Origin: a virus
Lineage: Duplodnaviria; Heunggongvirae; Uroviricota; Caudoviricetes
Virus record (IMG/VR): IMGVR_UViG_3300025778_000009
Strand: one strand, 5' to 3'
DNA: 64,000 nucleotides
The notes under the pieces were generated by a model, which saw only the letters and a list, made by a program, of their open reading frames with translations, had not been told where the DNA came from and ran no database searches. Below, one piece after another: positions 55,950 through 64,000 of the stretch. A program made the translations under genes and the position numbers. Positions within the stretch are counted from its first letter, which is position 1. Each line of letters starts with the position of its first letter.

Positions 55950-56458
55950 TGAAAGTAAATATTGGCAAATATCCTAAGAGCGATAAAAAAGAACGTAAAA
56001 TTTCAGTAAAGCTAGATTACTGGGATACATGGTCCATGGATCATACTCTTGCTCTTATTATTCATCCGATGCTAGTACAATTACAAAAAACAAAGCATGG
56101 CTCTCCTTTTACTGACGATAATGATGTTCCGGAAGAACTTCGTTCTACATCAGCTCCTCCTAAAGAAAATGAATGGGATACAGATGATAACCATTTTAAG
56201 CGTTGGGAATGGATTCTTGATGAAATGATTTGGGCATTTGCTCAACAATTAGATGATAATGCATCTAGTCAATTTCATTCAGGAAAAATTGACTTACAAT
56301 TTAAAGAAGTTGAGGTTGATGGTGAAAAATATAGTGAAATGGTAAGAGGTCCATTAGATACTCACGTTTTTGATAAGGAGGGTCACGATGCTTGGCAAGC
56401 CAGAAAAACAAACGGATTTAAACTCTTTGGTAAGTATTATGAGGCTCTCTGGGACTGA
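55949..56458 (+). CDS. Conserved phage hypothetical protein
   Basis: WDTWSMDHTLALII.P, WILDEMIWAF, LFGKYY..LWD. Confidence 0.7.
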   Translation: MKVNIGKYPKSDKKERKISVKLDYWDTWSMDHTLALIIHPMLVQLQKTKHGSPFTDDNDVPEELRSTSAPPKENEWDTDDNHFKRWEWILDEMIWAFAQQLDDNASSQFHSGKIDLQFKEVEVDGEKYSEMVRGPLDTHVFDKEGHDAWQARKTNGFKLFGKYYEALWD

Positions 56459-56617
56459 AACACATAATTATTCAGTTGATGCTTTAAAAAAAGCTGCATT
56501 CGTTGACGAGCTTAATAATGTTCTTATTCATGCGGAAAAAACAGTTGCAAAAGATATCATAGTAGAATATCTTAATATAAGAGTTAATGAGATTAATAAA
56601 AGGTACAAATAGGTTAT

Positions 56618-56709
56618 GGGCGTGGGTGTTGGTACACGAGAGGAGCTTATATCTCCTTTAGCGGCAGATTACCGTTCTAGACTTGGTTCGAATCCGAGCG
56701 CGCCTACCA
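56618..56709 (+). tRNA. tRNA-Ile(TAT)-like with long variable arm
   Basis: GGGCGTG/CGCGCCT-A-CCA; GAGGAG-CTTATAT-CTCCTT; AGCGG/CCGTT arm. Confidence 0.75.
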
Positions 56710-56726
56710 ATTTCTAGGAGACTAAA

Positions 56727-56999
56727 ATGCCAACCGTTACGACCGAAGTTGATTTTGATTTAGAAACAATCGATGACTATGACCTCATAGATGAGCTAGA
56801 GAGACGAGGTTATGAGATAATCGAAAACGGTAGAGAAGACGACGATCTCATAGATATTTTAACTGATCGTGGATATTCAGTCATTGTTAGAGATTATTTA
56901 GAAGAACTCTATAGTACCTACTTGACAATGTCTCCTGAGTTTTTTCAGAAAGAATTGAAGAAATTATTCCGAGAGAAGTTAGACGTAAATATATACTAA
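56727..56999 (+). CDS. Hypothetical acidic protein
   Basis: SD AGGAG; internal DDxLIDxLxxRGY repeat. Confidence 0.6.
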   Translation: MPTVTTEVDFDLETIDDYDLIDELERRGYEIIENGREDDDLIDILTDRGYSVIVRDYLEELYSTYLTMSPEFFQKELKKLFREKLDVNIY

Positions 57000-57006
57000 T
57001 ACCAAT

Positions 57007-57044
57007 GGTCACATAGCTTAACTGGAATAAGAGCAAGAGATTTC
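57007..57044 (+). pseudogene. 5' half of disrupted tRNA-Arg(TC-)
   Basis: GGTCACA-TAGCTTAACTGGAATAAGAGC-A-AGAGA-TT-TC then break. Confidence 0.7.
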
Positions 57045-57065
57045 ATTTTATATAAATACCTATAT

Positions 57066-57148
57066 GCGAACGTAGCCGAGGGGAGCTTCTACCTCCTTAG
57101 ACGTAACTGGAGCTGTAAATGGGGGTTCGAATCCCTCCGTTCGCGCCA
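57066..57148 (+). tRNA. D-armless tRNA-Arg(TCT)-like RNA
   Basis: GCGAACG/CGTTCGC-G-CCA; GGGGAG-CTTCTAC-CTCCTT; canonical T arm; only 7 nt between acceptor and anticodon arm. Confidence 0.7.
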
Positions 57149-57161
57149 TAGGAAACAAAAA

Positions 57162-57902
57162 ATGAAAAAAACATTGTGTAATAAATGTAATAATTATTTT
57201 GCTAATAGAGCAGGCAATTATAATCGACATCACATGGTATGTGACGGAAATTATATTTTACCTGAACAAAGAGGTGTTTGTAAATATTGCAATATTAAGT
57301 TTGATCTAAATGATAAACCTAAAGGCTGGATGGCTAACCATAGCAGATGGTGTGATAGCAATTTAGATAGAGAAAAATATAAAAAATCAAATAAAACTAA
57401 TATTAAATCTATGCAGACTCCAGAAGCTAGAAAAAAAGCTGTAGAAGGTATAAAAAAAGCATGGCAAGATGGTAAATATAATCATTGTGATCACAAAACA
57501 TTTTTAGGTAGAACTCATTCAGATAAATCTAAAAAATTAATGAGTGAGAGTGCTTTAAAAGCAAAGCACAGGAGAATTTTAAGATCAACTAGAAAATATA
57601 TTTGTAAGGATGGTAGTGAAGTTTTATTAGATTCTTCTTGGGAAGAACAGTTAGCAATAAGATTGGATCAATTGAATATTAATTGGATAAGGCCGAAGGA
57701 CCCTATTCAATGGTTAGATAAAGAAGGAAAAACACACAATTATTTTCCCGATTTTTATTTAACCGATTATAACATTTATATTGATCCCAAAAATGATATA
57801 GTATATAATATAACAATAACTAAAATAGAAGCTCTTAAAATTATTTTGCCTAATCTTATTATTTTAAGATCTTTAGAAGAGTGTAAGAATTTTAAAATAT
57901 AA
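57162..57902 (+). CDS. PD-(D/E)xK (TnsA-like) endonuclease with Zn-finger and NUMOD3 segments
   Basis: CxxC pairs; FLGRTHSDKSKKLMS; DSSWE...YFPDFYL...YIDPK. Confidence 0.75.
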   Translation: MKKTLCNKCNNYFANRAGNYNRHHMVCDGNYILPEQRGVCKYCNIKFDLNDKPKGWMANHSRWCDSNLDREKYKKSNKTNIKSMQTPEARKKAVEGIKKAWQDGKYNHCDHKTFLGRTHSDKSKKLMSESALKAKHRRILRSTRKYICKDGSEVLLDSSWEEQLAIRLDQLNINWIRPKDPIQWLDKEGKTHNYFPDFYLTDYNIYIDPKNDIVYNITITKIEALKIILPNLIILRSLEECKNFKI

Positions 57903-57903
57903 T

Positions 57904-57980
57904 GTCCGTTTAGCCCAGTGGTAGGAGGCAAGGCGCTTAAAACGCCTACAGGACTGGTTCGAATCCAGTAACGGACACCA
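57904..57980 (+). tRNA. tRNA-Leu(TAA), short variable loop
   Basis: Cloverleaf, A73, CCA. Confidence 0.88.
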
Positions 57981-58021
57981 AAATCTCCAAAGTGTCGGTT
58001 CGAATCCCACCATCCGCACCA
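57981..58021 (+). pseudogene. 3' half of disrupted tRNA (Leu-like)
   Basis: AAA-TCTCC-AAAGT-GTCGG-TTCGAAT-CCCAC-CATCCGC-A-CCA. Confidence 0.75.
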
Positions 58022-58041
58022 TTTTTAACAAAGGATATATT

Positions 58042-58537
58042 ATGAACAAGTTCGTTAAGCTTACAAACAATGCAGATGCACATAAAGGCAATCCAATTTA
58101 TATTAATGTAGATCATATTACTGCTGTTTATGATGCTGCCGTTGAAGGTGGAAACATTAAGACATTCATCTTTGGTGGTTATACAGGTGTTCAGTGGGAA
58201 GTAGAAGAATCCCCAAAGCAAGTAATTGATATGATTATGCCTGTGGAGTATATTTAACATGATTAAAGAATGTCTCGTTAAAAAGAAACCATTATATCAA
58301 AAAGCAATTCAATATACTCCTGAGCTTACTAATGAAGAATTACGTCGATGGACAAATAATAAAGCTTTTATTATGCAGCTTGAGCGCGGCGATGACGAAT
58401 GTGTAGTTATTAATACACTCGAAGGTACAATGAAAGCTTCAATGGGTGATTGGATTATGCAAGGGGTTACAGGAGAAGATTTTTATCCTATACGTGAAGA
58501 TATAATGTATCAATCATATAATTTCTTGAGGGATTGA
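58042..58537 (+). other. Two hypothetical ORFs (58042-58257; 58259-58537 with TLEGTM..GDWI motif)
   Basis: ORF track. Confidence 0.6.
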
Positions 58538-58538
58538 T

Positions 58539-59198
58539 ATGAATGCTAGTATAGTTGCAGTAACACGTCCTACCAGCGGGTTAGACGTGAATGAATTTGT
58601 TGCTTACGTAGCACGTGTATCCAATCCCTCCAATCAGAACAATATAGAGACAGCACCAAAGCTTATTAAATATCTTATTAAAAATAAGCACTGGTCGCCA
58701 TTAGAAATGGTTCATGTTGTAATGGAGATCAATACAACTCGAGACATTGCTCGTCAAATCCTTAGACATCGCTCATTTGCCTTTCAGGAGTTTTCTCAAC
58801 GTTATGCAGATCCGACAAATGACTTGGGTTTTGTCACTCGTGAAGCCCGTCTCCAAGATACAAAAAATAGACAAAATTCAATTGAAGTTAAAGACGATCC
58901 AGAACTCAAACACGGTTGGAATGAGCGTCAAAAGATAGTTATTGAATATGCACAAAAAGAATATGATTGGGCTATTAAGAACGGTATTGCAAAAGAACAA
59001 GCTCGTGCAGTTCTTCCTGAAGGTCTTACTGTTTCTCGTCTTTATATGGCTGGTTCTCTTAGAAGCTGGGTGCACTATTGTCAGTTACGTTGTTCTAACG
59101 GTACTCAGAAAGAGCACAGAGAAATAGCATTAGATTGCTGGTATAATTTAATAAAAGAGTTTCCTTCTCTAATAGACTTAGAACTTATCTCACCTTAG
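58539..59198 (+). CDS. thyX: FAD-dependent thymidylate synthase
   Basis: HWSPLE, QILRHRSFAFQEFSQRY, EQARAVLP, TQKEH. Confidence 0.95.
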   Translation: MNASIVAVTRPTSGLDVNEFVAYVARVSNPSNQNNIETAPKLIKYLIKNKHWSPLEMVHVVMEINTTRDIARQILRHRSFAFQEFSQRYADPTNDLGFVTREARLQDTKNRQNSIEVKDDPELKHGWNERQKIVIEYAQKEYDWAIKNGIAKEQARAVLPEGLTVSRLYMAGSLRSWVHYCQLRCSNGTQKEHREIALDCWYNLIKEFPSLIDLELISP

Positions 59199-59208
59199 GA
59201 ATATAATT

Positions 59209-59970
59209 ATGTTTGAACAAGAAATTATTAATGCTATGACTCCTTTTATTCCTAATAGTTCAGGAGATAATAGTACTAAATTTAGTATGGCTCTTGATGG
59301 TAATAAAAATTTTGTTAGTAATCTATTAAGTATTGCTGAAGTTTTTGGTCATCAGATTATAGAATATACAGTTATTGAAACTATTGCGCAAGAGGATACT
59401 GCAGAACTTAAAACCCTTTTTAATTCATATGGAAGTGATAAGTCTAACTCACATAACTATGATATTTTTTATGCTAATATTTTAAATGATAGAGAAAATA
59501 TTAAAGCTGTTGCTGAAATAGGAATGGGCACCAATAATACATCGGTCCTATCTAATATGGGATCAGATGGTAAACCTGGTGCATCTCTTAGAGCTTTTAG
59601 AGATTATTTGCCTAATGCTCAAATATATGGCGGTGATGTTGACCGTAATATTCTTTTTAATGAAGATAGAATACAAACATTTTTTGTTGATCAATTAAGA
59701 CTGGAAACTATTGATAACTTTTTTAATAATCTTCCAGACGATTTAGATCTTTTTATTGATGATGGACTTCATTCACCGGAAGCTAATTTAAATGTTTTAA
59801 TGTATGGTATCTCTAAAATTAAAATCGGTGGTTGGTATGTAGTAGAAGATATATCAAATCAATCTATGAATTTATGGAAAGTAGTATCTCTTCTTATTTC
59901 AGATAACTATGATAAATATTTACTGAAAGCAGATAAAGGTAATTTATTTGTCATTAATAGGAATGCGTGA
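59209..59970 (+). CDS. SAM methyltransferase-like protein
   Basis: YGSDK..HNY, EIGMG, GASLRA, IDDGLH, VVED. Confidence 0.75.
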   Translation: MFEQEIINAMTPFIPNSSGDNSTKFSMALDGNKNFVSNLLSIAEVFGHQIIEYTVIETIAQEDTAELKTLFNSYGSDKSNSHNYDIFYANILNDRENIKAVAEIGMGTNNTSVLSNMGSDGKPGASLRAFRDYLPNAQIYGGDVDRNILFNEDRIQTFFVDQLRLETIDNFFNNLPDDLDLFIDDGLHSPEANLNVLMYGISKIKIGGWYVVEDISNQSMNLWKVVSLLISDNYDKYLLKADKGNLFVINRNA

Positions 59971-59978
59971 GGTTTATT

Positions 59979-60428
59979 ATGGCTACGTTAGAAGAAATTA
60001 AAAAACAAAAAGCAGAAGAACTTCAACGCAAAATGCGTGAAGAAGAAGATAAGATAAGAAGAGAATCTCATAATAGTCTTACTATACGTTCTTTCTTTGA
60101 ACAAGAACTAGAACGTGAAATTAGAAAGACAGGATTTTATAAGAAGTTAATGTATCTCACCCCTCTTATTGTTTTTGTAGTAATGCTAGCAGCAGGCTCT
60201 GCGTATATTTACTTCAAAGATTTTCTTACAATAAGAGATGCTAATGCTGAAGCATATGCTATCGAAGCTATCGGTAAAGCCACCGCGTCAGCAGTAACTC
60301 AAGTTGGAATGGCTCTTAAACAAAATCCAGAATATGTACCATTGACTACAGCTCAAAAGTGGGATGGTAAACTTCCTAACACTATGGTTTCTGGTCAAAA
60401 TCCTCCGTTTATTAATACTAAACCTTAA
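59979..60428 (+). CDS. Membrane protein with SPFH-like C-terminal tail
   Basis: TM helix; AEAYAI..ALKQNP..KWDGKLP. Confidence 0.5.
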   Translation: MATLEEIKKQKAEELQRKMREEEDKIRRESHNSLTIRSFFEQELEREIRKTGFYKKLMYLTPLIVFVVMLAAGSAYIYFKDFLTIRDANAEAYAIEAIGKATASAVTQVGMALKQNPEYVPLTTAQKWDGKLPNTMVSGQNPPFINTKP

Positions 60429-60855
60429 AAAAGTCAATGATTTCAACGGTATATTTTTTAAAAATACCGTTGATTTTATTAGGAATCCATGCTATATTAT
60501 AATATAAGCAATGGAGATATATTCGTGGATAATTCAAAGATACCTTACGTCTTTACAGGTCAGCTCAATTACGCTATTAAGAAAATGCGTACTATGCAGC
60601 GAGCAGGTTACCGTGTAGTAAAACAGCATATTCATCCAGATAAGTCTATCACCATCTCTATGGAAAAGAAGTTATACTAATGGAAAACATTCGTGCAGCA
60701 CATAAAGAGTTTATATTGAATGGCGCTAAATGTGAGCGTACTGATGCTACCTATACAATAAACGGTAGACCTCATTCTGCCCGTTTGCCCTGGATTGCTT
60801 CTGCTCAAGAAGTGCGATTCTTTATTATTAGACAGCGTCAGGGATATTCAAAAAA

Positions 60856-61152
60856 GTGAATATTGCTTTAGACTTTGATGATACGTATACTCGGGATCCA
60901 ACTCTTTGGAATAAGTTTATTGAAGACGCCAAAGACAGAGGACATGATATACGTATCGTCACTTTCCGTAAGAAAGTAATGGAAGATCCAGCATTGAATT
61001 ATCTTGCACTTTCTATTCCGGTCATCTATACTGAATATCAACAGAAGAGACAATTTACAAATAATATGGGATGGATCGTCGATGTTTGGATTGACGATAG
61101 TCCTGAATTTATTGTTAATAATATCCCTTTGATTGGTAAGAGTAATGATTAA
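60856..61152 (+). CDS. HAD-like protein
   Basis: ALDFDDT, VT.R, WIDDSP. Confidence 0.7.
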   Translation: MNIALDFDDTYTRDPTLWNKFIEDAKDRGHDIRIVTFRKKVMEDPALNYLALSIPVIYTEYQQKRQFTNNMGWIVDVWIDDSPEFIVNNIPLIGKSND

Positions 61153-61630
61153 GTTTGAAAATACACATTTGATTGGTAGAGAGTCTGCTAAGATGATGCG
61201 CAGTCTTGCAGAGTTTACTCTTAATAAGTTCTTTACCAAGCCTAAACAAGATAAACTAGACGTTACAGTTATTTTCAAAAAAGATCTTTTTGAAAAGACT
61301 AATCAATTTGGTAACTGTATTTGGGAAGACGAATATTACCGTCCGTTTGATTTTACAATTCAAATAGATCCGGATCAGAAGATTCAACTTCTGCTAAATA
61401 GCCTAGCTCATGAACTCGTACATGTTAAACAATGGGCAAAAGGTGAATTTTATCAACTTCAACGTGAACGAAGTGTCTATAAATTTAATGGGCAAAAATT
61501 CAACACAGAAAAAGTTGATTACTGGGATACGCCCTGGGAAATTGAAGCCCATGGACGTGCAATCGGGCTAGTCGTGCAGTGGGCAAGAATGAATAAGCTC
61601 TCTCACAAAAATTTAGTCGTAGAAGGCTAG
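61145..61630 (+). CDS. HExxH metallopeptidase-like protein
   Basis: LAHELVHVKQ, PWEIEA. Confidence 0.7.
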   Translation: MIKFENTHLIGRESAKMMRSLAEFTLNKFFTKPKQDKLDVTVIFKKDLFEKTNQFGNCIWEDEYYRPFDFTIQIDPDQKIQLLLNSLAHELVHVKQWAKGEFYQLQRERSVYKFNGQKFNTEKVDYWDTPWEIEAHGRAIGLVVQWARMNKLSHKNLVVEG

Positions 61631-61661
61631 CCCCTATTTTTAACACTAAGGAGACTACTAA

Positions 61662-62324
61662 ATGAAAAAGCTACTTATTACTGTTGCTGCTGTTATGCTC
61701 GCAACTTCCGCATATGCTACTGATCTTCCAAACAAAAAGAAGGCACCAGCTGCACCTGCTCCTGTTGCTGCTGCTACTGCAACCGCAGAAAGCACAGATA
61801 GCTTAACTGCTGCTTATGGCCAGGATACTGCTGTTGGCAATCTTGGTTCTAAGACTGACGACATTTATCAAATGACATACTCACATAAGCTAGGTAACGG
61901 TGTTGCTGTTGGTGGTATGGCTCAGACAACTCAAGTTCCTGGTTCACAATTGAATCAAAATCTTGAAGCACAAGCTTCATATACACTACCTGCTTTCTCT
62001 GGAGTTTCTGTAACAGGTAAGATTGGTGTTGGTGAGAAGTTTACCACTACTAACTTCCCATACTATGCAGTATACGGCAGTGCAGATTATAAGGTTATGG
62101 ATAAGCTAACTTGGAACGCAGTTTCATATCGTTATCGTTCAGCATTTGATACAAACACATACGGTTATCAGACTCATCAAATTGGTACTGGTGTAACTTA
62201 TGATCTTGCATCTAACTATTCAGTCAGTGCAAAGGTATACCGTAACTATGATGCTTCATCAAGCTTTACTAATCCAACAGCATCTGGTGATGCGTTCATG
62301 CTTGGTTTGACTGTAAAGTTCTGA
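61662..62324 (+). CDS. Outer-membrane beta-barrel protein
   Basis: Signal peptide, ATDLP..KAP Pro/Ala linker, amphipathic strands, C-terminal F. Confidence 0.75.
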   Translation: MKKLLITVAAVMLATSAYATDLPNKKKAPAAPAPVAAATATAESTDSLTAAYGQDTAVGNLGSKTDDIYQMTYSHKLGNGVAVGGMAQTTQVPGSQLNQNLEAQASYTLPAFSGVSVTGKIGVGEKFTTTNFPYYAVYGSADYKVMDKLTWNAVSYRYRSAFDTNTYGYQTHQIGTGVTYDLASNYSVSAKVYRNYDASSSFTNPTASGDAFMLGLTVKF

Positions 62325-62348
62325 TACAAAACTTGATGATATCAGGCA

Positions 62349-62374
62349 GAAAAGGCGCTTAGGCGCCTTTTTTT
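62349..62374 (+). terminator. Rho-independent terminator
   Basis: AAAAAGGCGC-ttag-GCGCCTTTTTT. Confidence 0.8.
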
Positions 62375-62432
62375 GTTGCTTATTTTTGTAATGTATGTTA
62401 TAATATATTGTAAGATTGAAATGGAGTGTGAA

Positions 62433-62648
62433 ATGAATCAACGTGCTGGTAAGACTCATGCAGCTGGACTAAATGATGGTGATAAGATACCTCTCGCATC
62501 TATTATTAAGTTCTGTAAAGAAGCAAAGACAGACTTAGAGAATAACGGTGATGAAGATGCCGCTCTTCGTTTTGAAATATTAGCTGACTATCTTCTTAAT
62601 GACTATCGTGGATCCTTTAAATATCAATCTAAAATGATAGGACTATAA
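62433..62648 (+). CDS. Hypothetical protein
   Basis: SD GGAG. Confidence 0.55.
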   Translation: MNQRAGKTHAAGLNDGDKIPLASIIKFCKEAKTDLENNGDEDAALRFEILADYLLNDYRGSFKYQSKMIGL

Positions 62649-62682
62649 ATATCATATAGATTCTAATTCATAGGAGAAAATC

Positions 62683-63651
62683 ATGGTTGATAACAAAATT
62701 GATCAATACGCAGCATTCATTTCAGGTCAAATAGATAAAAGTTCCATTAAGGAAGCTAGACTCGAAAAAGAAATTGAATCTGTAAATGAAGCTCATCCTG
62801 GCATGGATGAACCAGAATATCACAGCGATAAGGTTGATGAGATTACTAAAAAAATAGAAAAGATTAACCGTTCTGGTGGTAGAGTAGGCCCTAATCATCC
62901 ATTAAGCCAAAAGCTATCATATCACATGGGTGAATTAAAAAGAACAAGAGCTAAAAAAAGAAGAGAAATGGATGAAGAAGTATATCAGATAGACGAGCTT
63001 AAAAAGAGTACATTAGGCTCTTATATTAATAAAGCAGCACAAAGCAAGAGTGATGCAGAAAGCAAGATGTCTAATGACCAAGATTGGGATGATATGTCTG
63101 ATAAAGAACAGGATAAAACTGTTCGTGATCAGAAAAATAGAACAAAGGGAATTGGTAAAGCTGTAGATAAATTGACTAAAGAAGAAGCAGATGTTAAATT
63201 CTCAGAAGCTGAAGTAAATGCTATTGAAAATATTATTGATAATGATCAAATAGACGAAAAGTCTATGGGACCTAAAGCAAAACCTGGTCAATATGATCAT
63301 ATTGATCCAATGCGTCCAAAAAATACTGGCACAACAAGATTGATCCACCCTGCTCCCCCTAAAGCTAAGCCTGGTGAAGAAAAGCATACCGACCCTGCAC
63401 CTTCTAAAGCAAAACCTGGTGAAGGAAAACACATTGATCCAACATCATCTAAAAAGCCAGGTAATATGGATAAAATTACACCTATGAAACAACCTGCTTT
63501 TAATACTAAGCATTATAAAGAAGATAATGTTTCTTTCTATGCTCAGTTTATTTCAAAGCAACTTGTCGGAGAAGGGGTGGAAACTCTTTCAGAATCACTA
63601 GCTAAGGCTACAAAAGCAATAGAAAAAATGGATGGGGATGCAATCATGTAG
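62683..63651 (+). CDS. Late charged protein, probable internal head protein; likely continues to 63883 via frameshift
   Basis: TATAAATA 62644; IDELKKSTLGSYINKA; multiple I/L-x-E sites; PKAKPG repeats. Confidence 0.6.
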   Translation: MVDNKIDQYAAFISGQIDKSSIKEARLEKEIESVNEAHPGMDEPEYHSDKVDEITKKIEKINRSGGRVGPNHPLSQKLSYHMGELKRTRAKKRREMDEEVYQIDELKKSTLGSYINKAAQSKSDAESKMSNDQDWDDMSDKEQDKTVRDQKNRTKGIGKAVDKLTKEEADVKFSEAEVNAIENIIDNDQIDEKSMGPKAKPGQYDHIDPMRPKNTGTTRLIHPAPPKAKPGEEKHTDPAPSKAKPGEGKHIDPTSSKKPGNMDKITPMKQPAFNTKHYKEDNVSFYAQFISKQLVGEGVETLSESLAKATKAIEKMDGDAIM

Positions 63652-63903
63652 GATCTCATGGTACACAGCATGTTTTTATACGCGGTGGCGATCATGGTGA
63701 AAGTCACCATTATACAGTACATGATACTGCTACTGGAAAAAACCATGATATACATCTAGAGCATGGTGGTAAAACAATGTCAATGGTTCAGGTTAAAAAA
63801 GCAGCAGATAAAGAAGTTCACCCAGAAATTCTTAGTATGATTCATGCTGATCATAAAGAAGATGTAAAAACTCACAATATCTAATTTATACGAATAGTCA
63901 TTC

Positions 63904-63932
63904 AAGAGGGCCTCTTTAGGCCCTCTTTTTTT
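63904..63932 (+). terminator. Rho-independent terminator
   Basis: AAGAGGGCC-tcttta-GGCCCTCTT-TTTTT. Confidence 0.8.
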
Positions 63933-64000
63933 TGTTTGCCTAAATATTATATTAAAAATTATCTTAATCGGAATATTTCCATGAAAACATTCTTATCATA

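Noticed and set aside
57007-58021. One split tRNA made of the 5' and 3' halves
   Set aside because: Acceptor strands GGTCACA and CATCCGC do not pair; they come from two different tRNAs.

Overview
A 64-kb segment of a large AT-rich T4-like (myovirus-type) phage genome. It carries gp43 DNA polymerase, UvsX, gp41 helicase, ThyX, Hsp20 and TATAAATA late promoters. The host is probably an alphaproteobacterium (GapR-like, DUF1127, a G-1-less A73 tRNA-His and a rhizobial-type outer-membrane protein). The window holds about 32 full-length tRNA or tRNA-like genes plus fragments, a curli (CsgF/CsgG/curlin)-FecR-CHASE2 cyclase module, a plcP-agt-like lipid remodelling pair, and a sugar-nucleotide cluster with a RuBisCO-like protein. 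The most striking unexplained features are non-coding. (1) Six short RNA cassettes share a fully covarying 8-bp terminal stem and a fixed C(A/C)GCA motif; two contain circularly permuted tRNA-like (YrlA-type) domains, and the array ends just before a Ro60/TROVE-like vWA gene. (2) A 34-codon leader peptide using 19 of 20 amino acids is wired to an antiterminator/terminator in front of the ncRNA/tRNA cluster. (3) Three unrelated endonuclease cassettes broke tRNA genes at the anticodon and carry replacement tRNAs. (4) Three ncRNAs are enclosed by near-identical 22-23-bp stems. All calls come from reading the sequence by eye; no database search was run.
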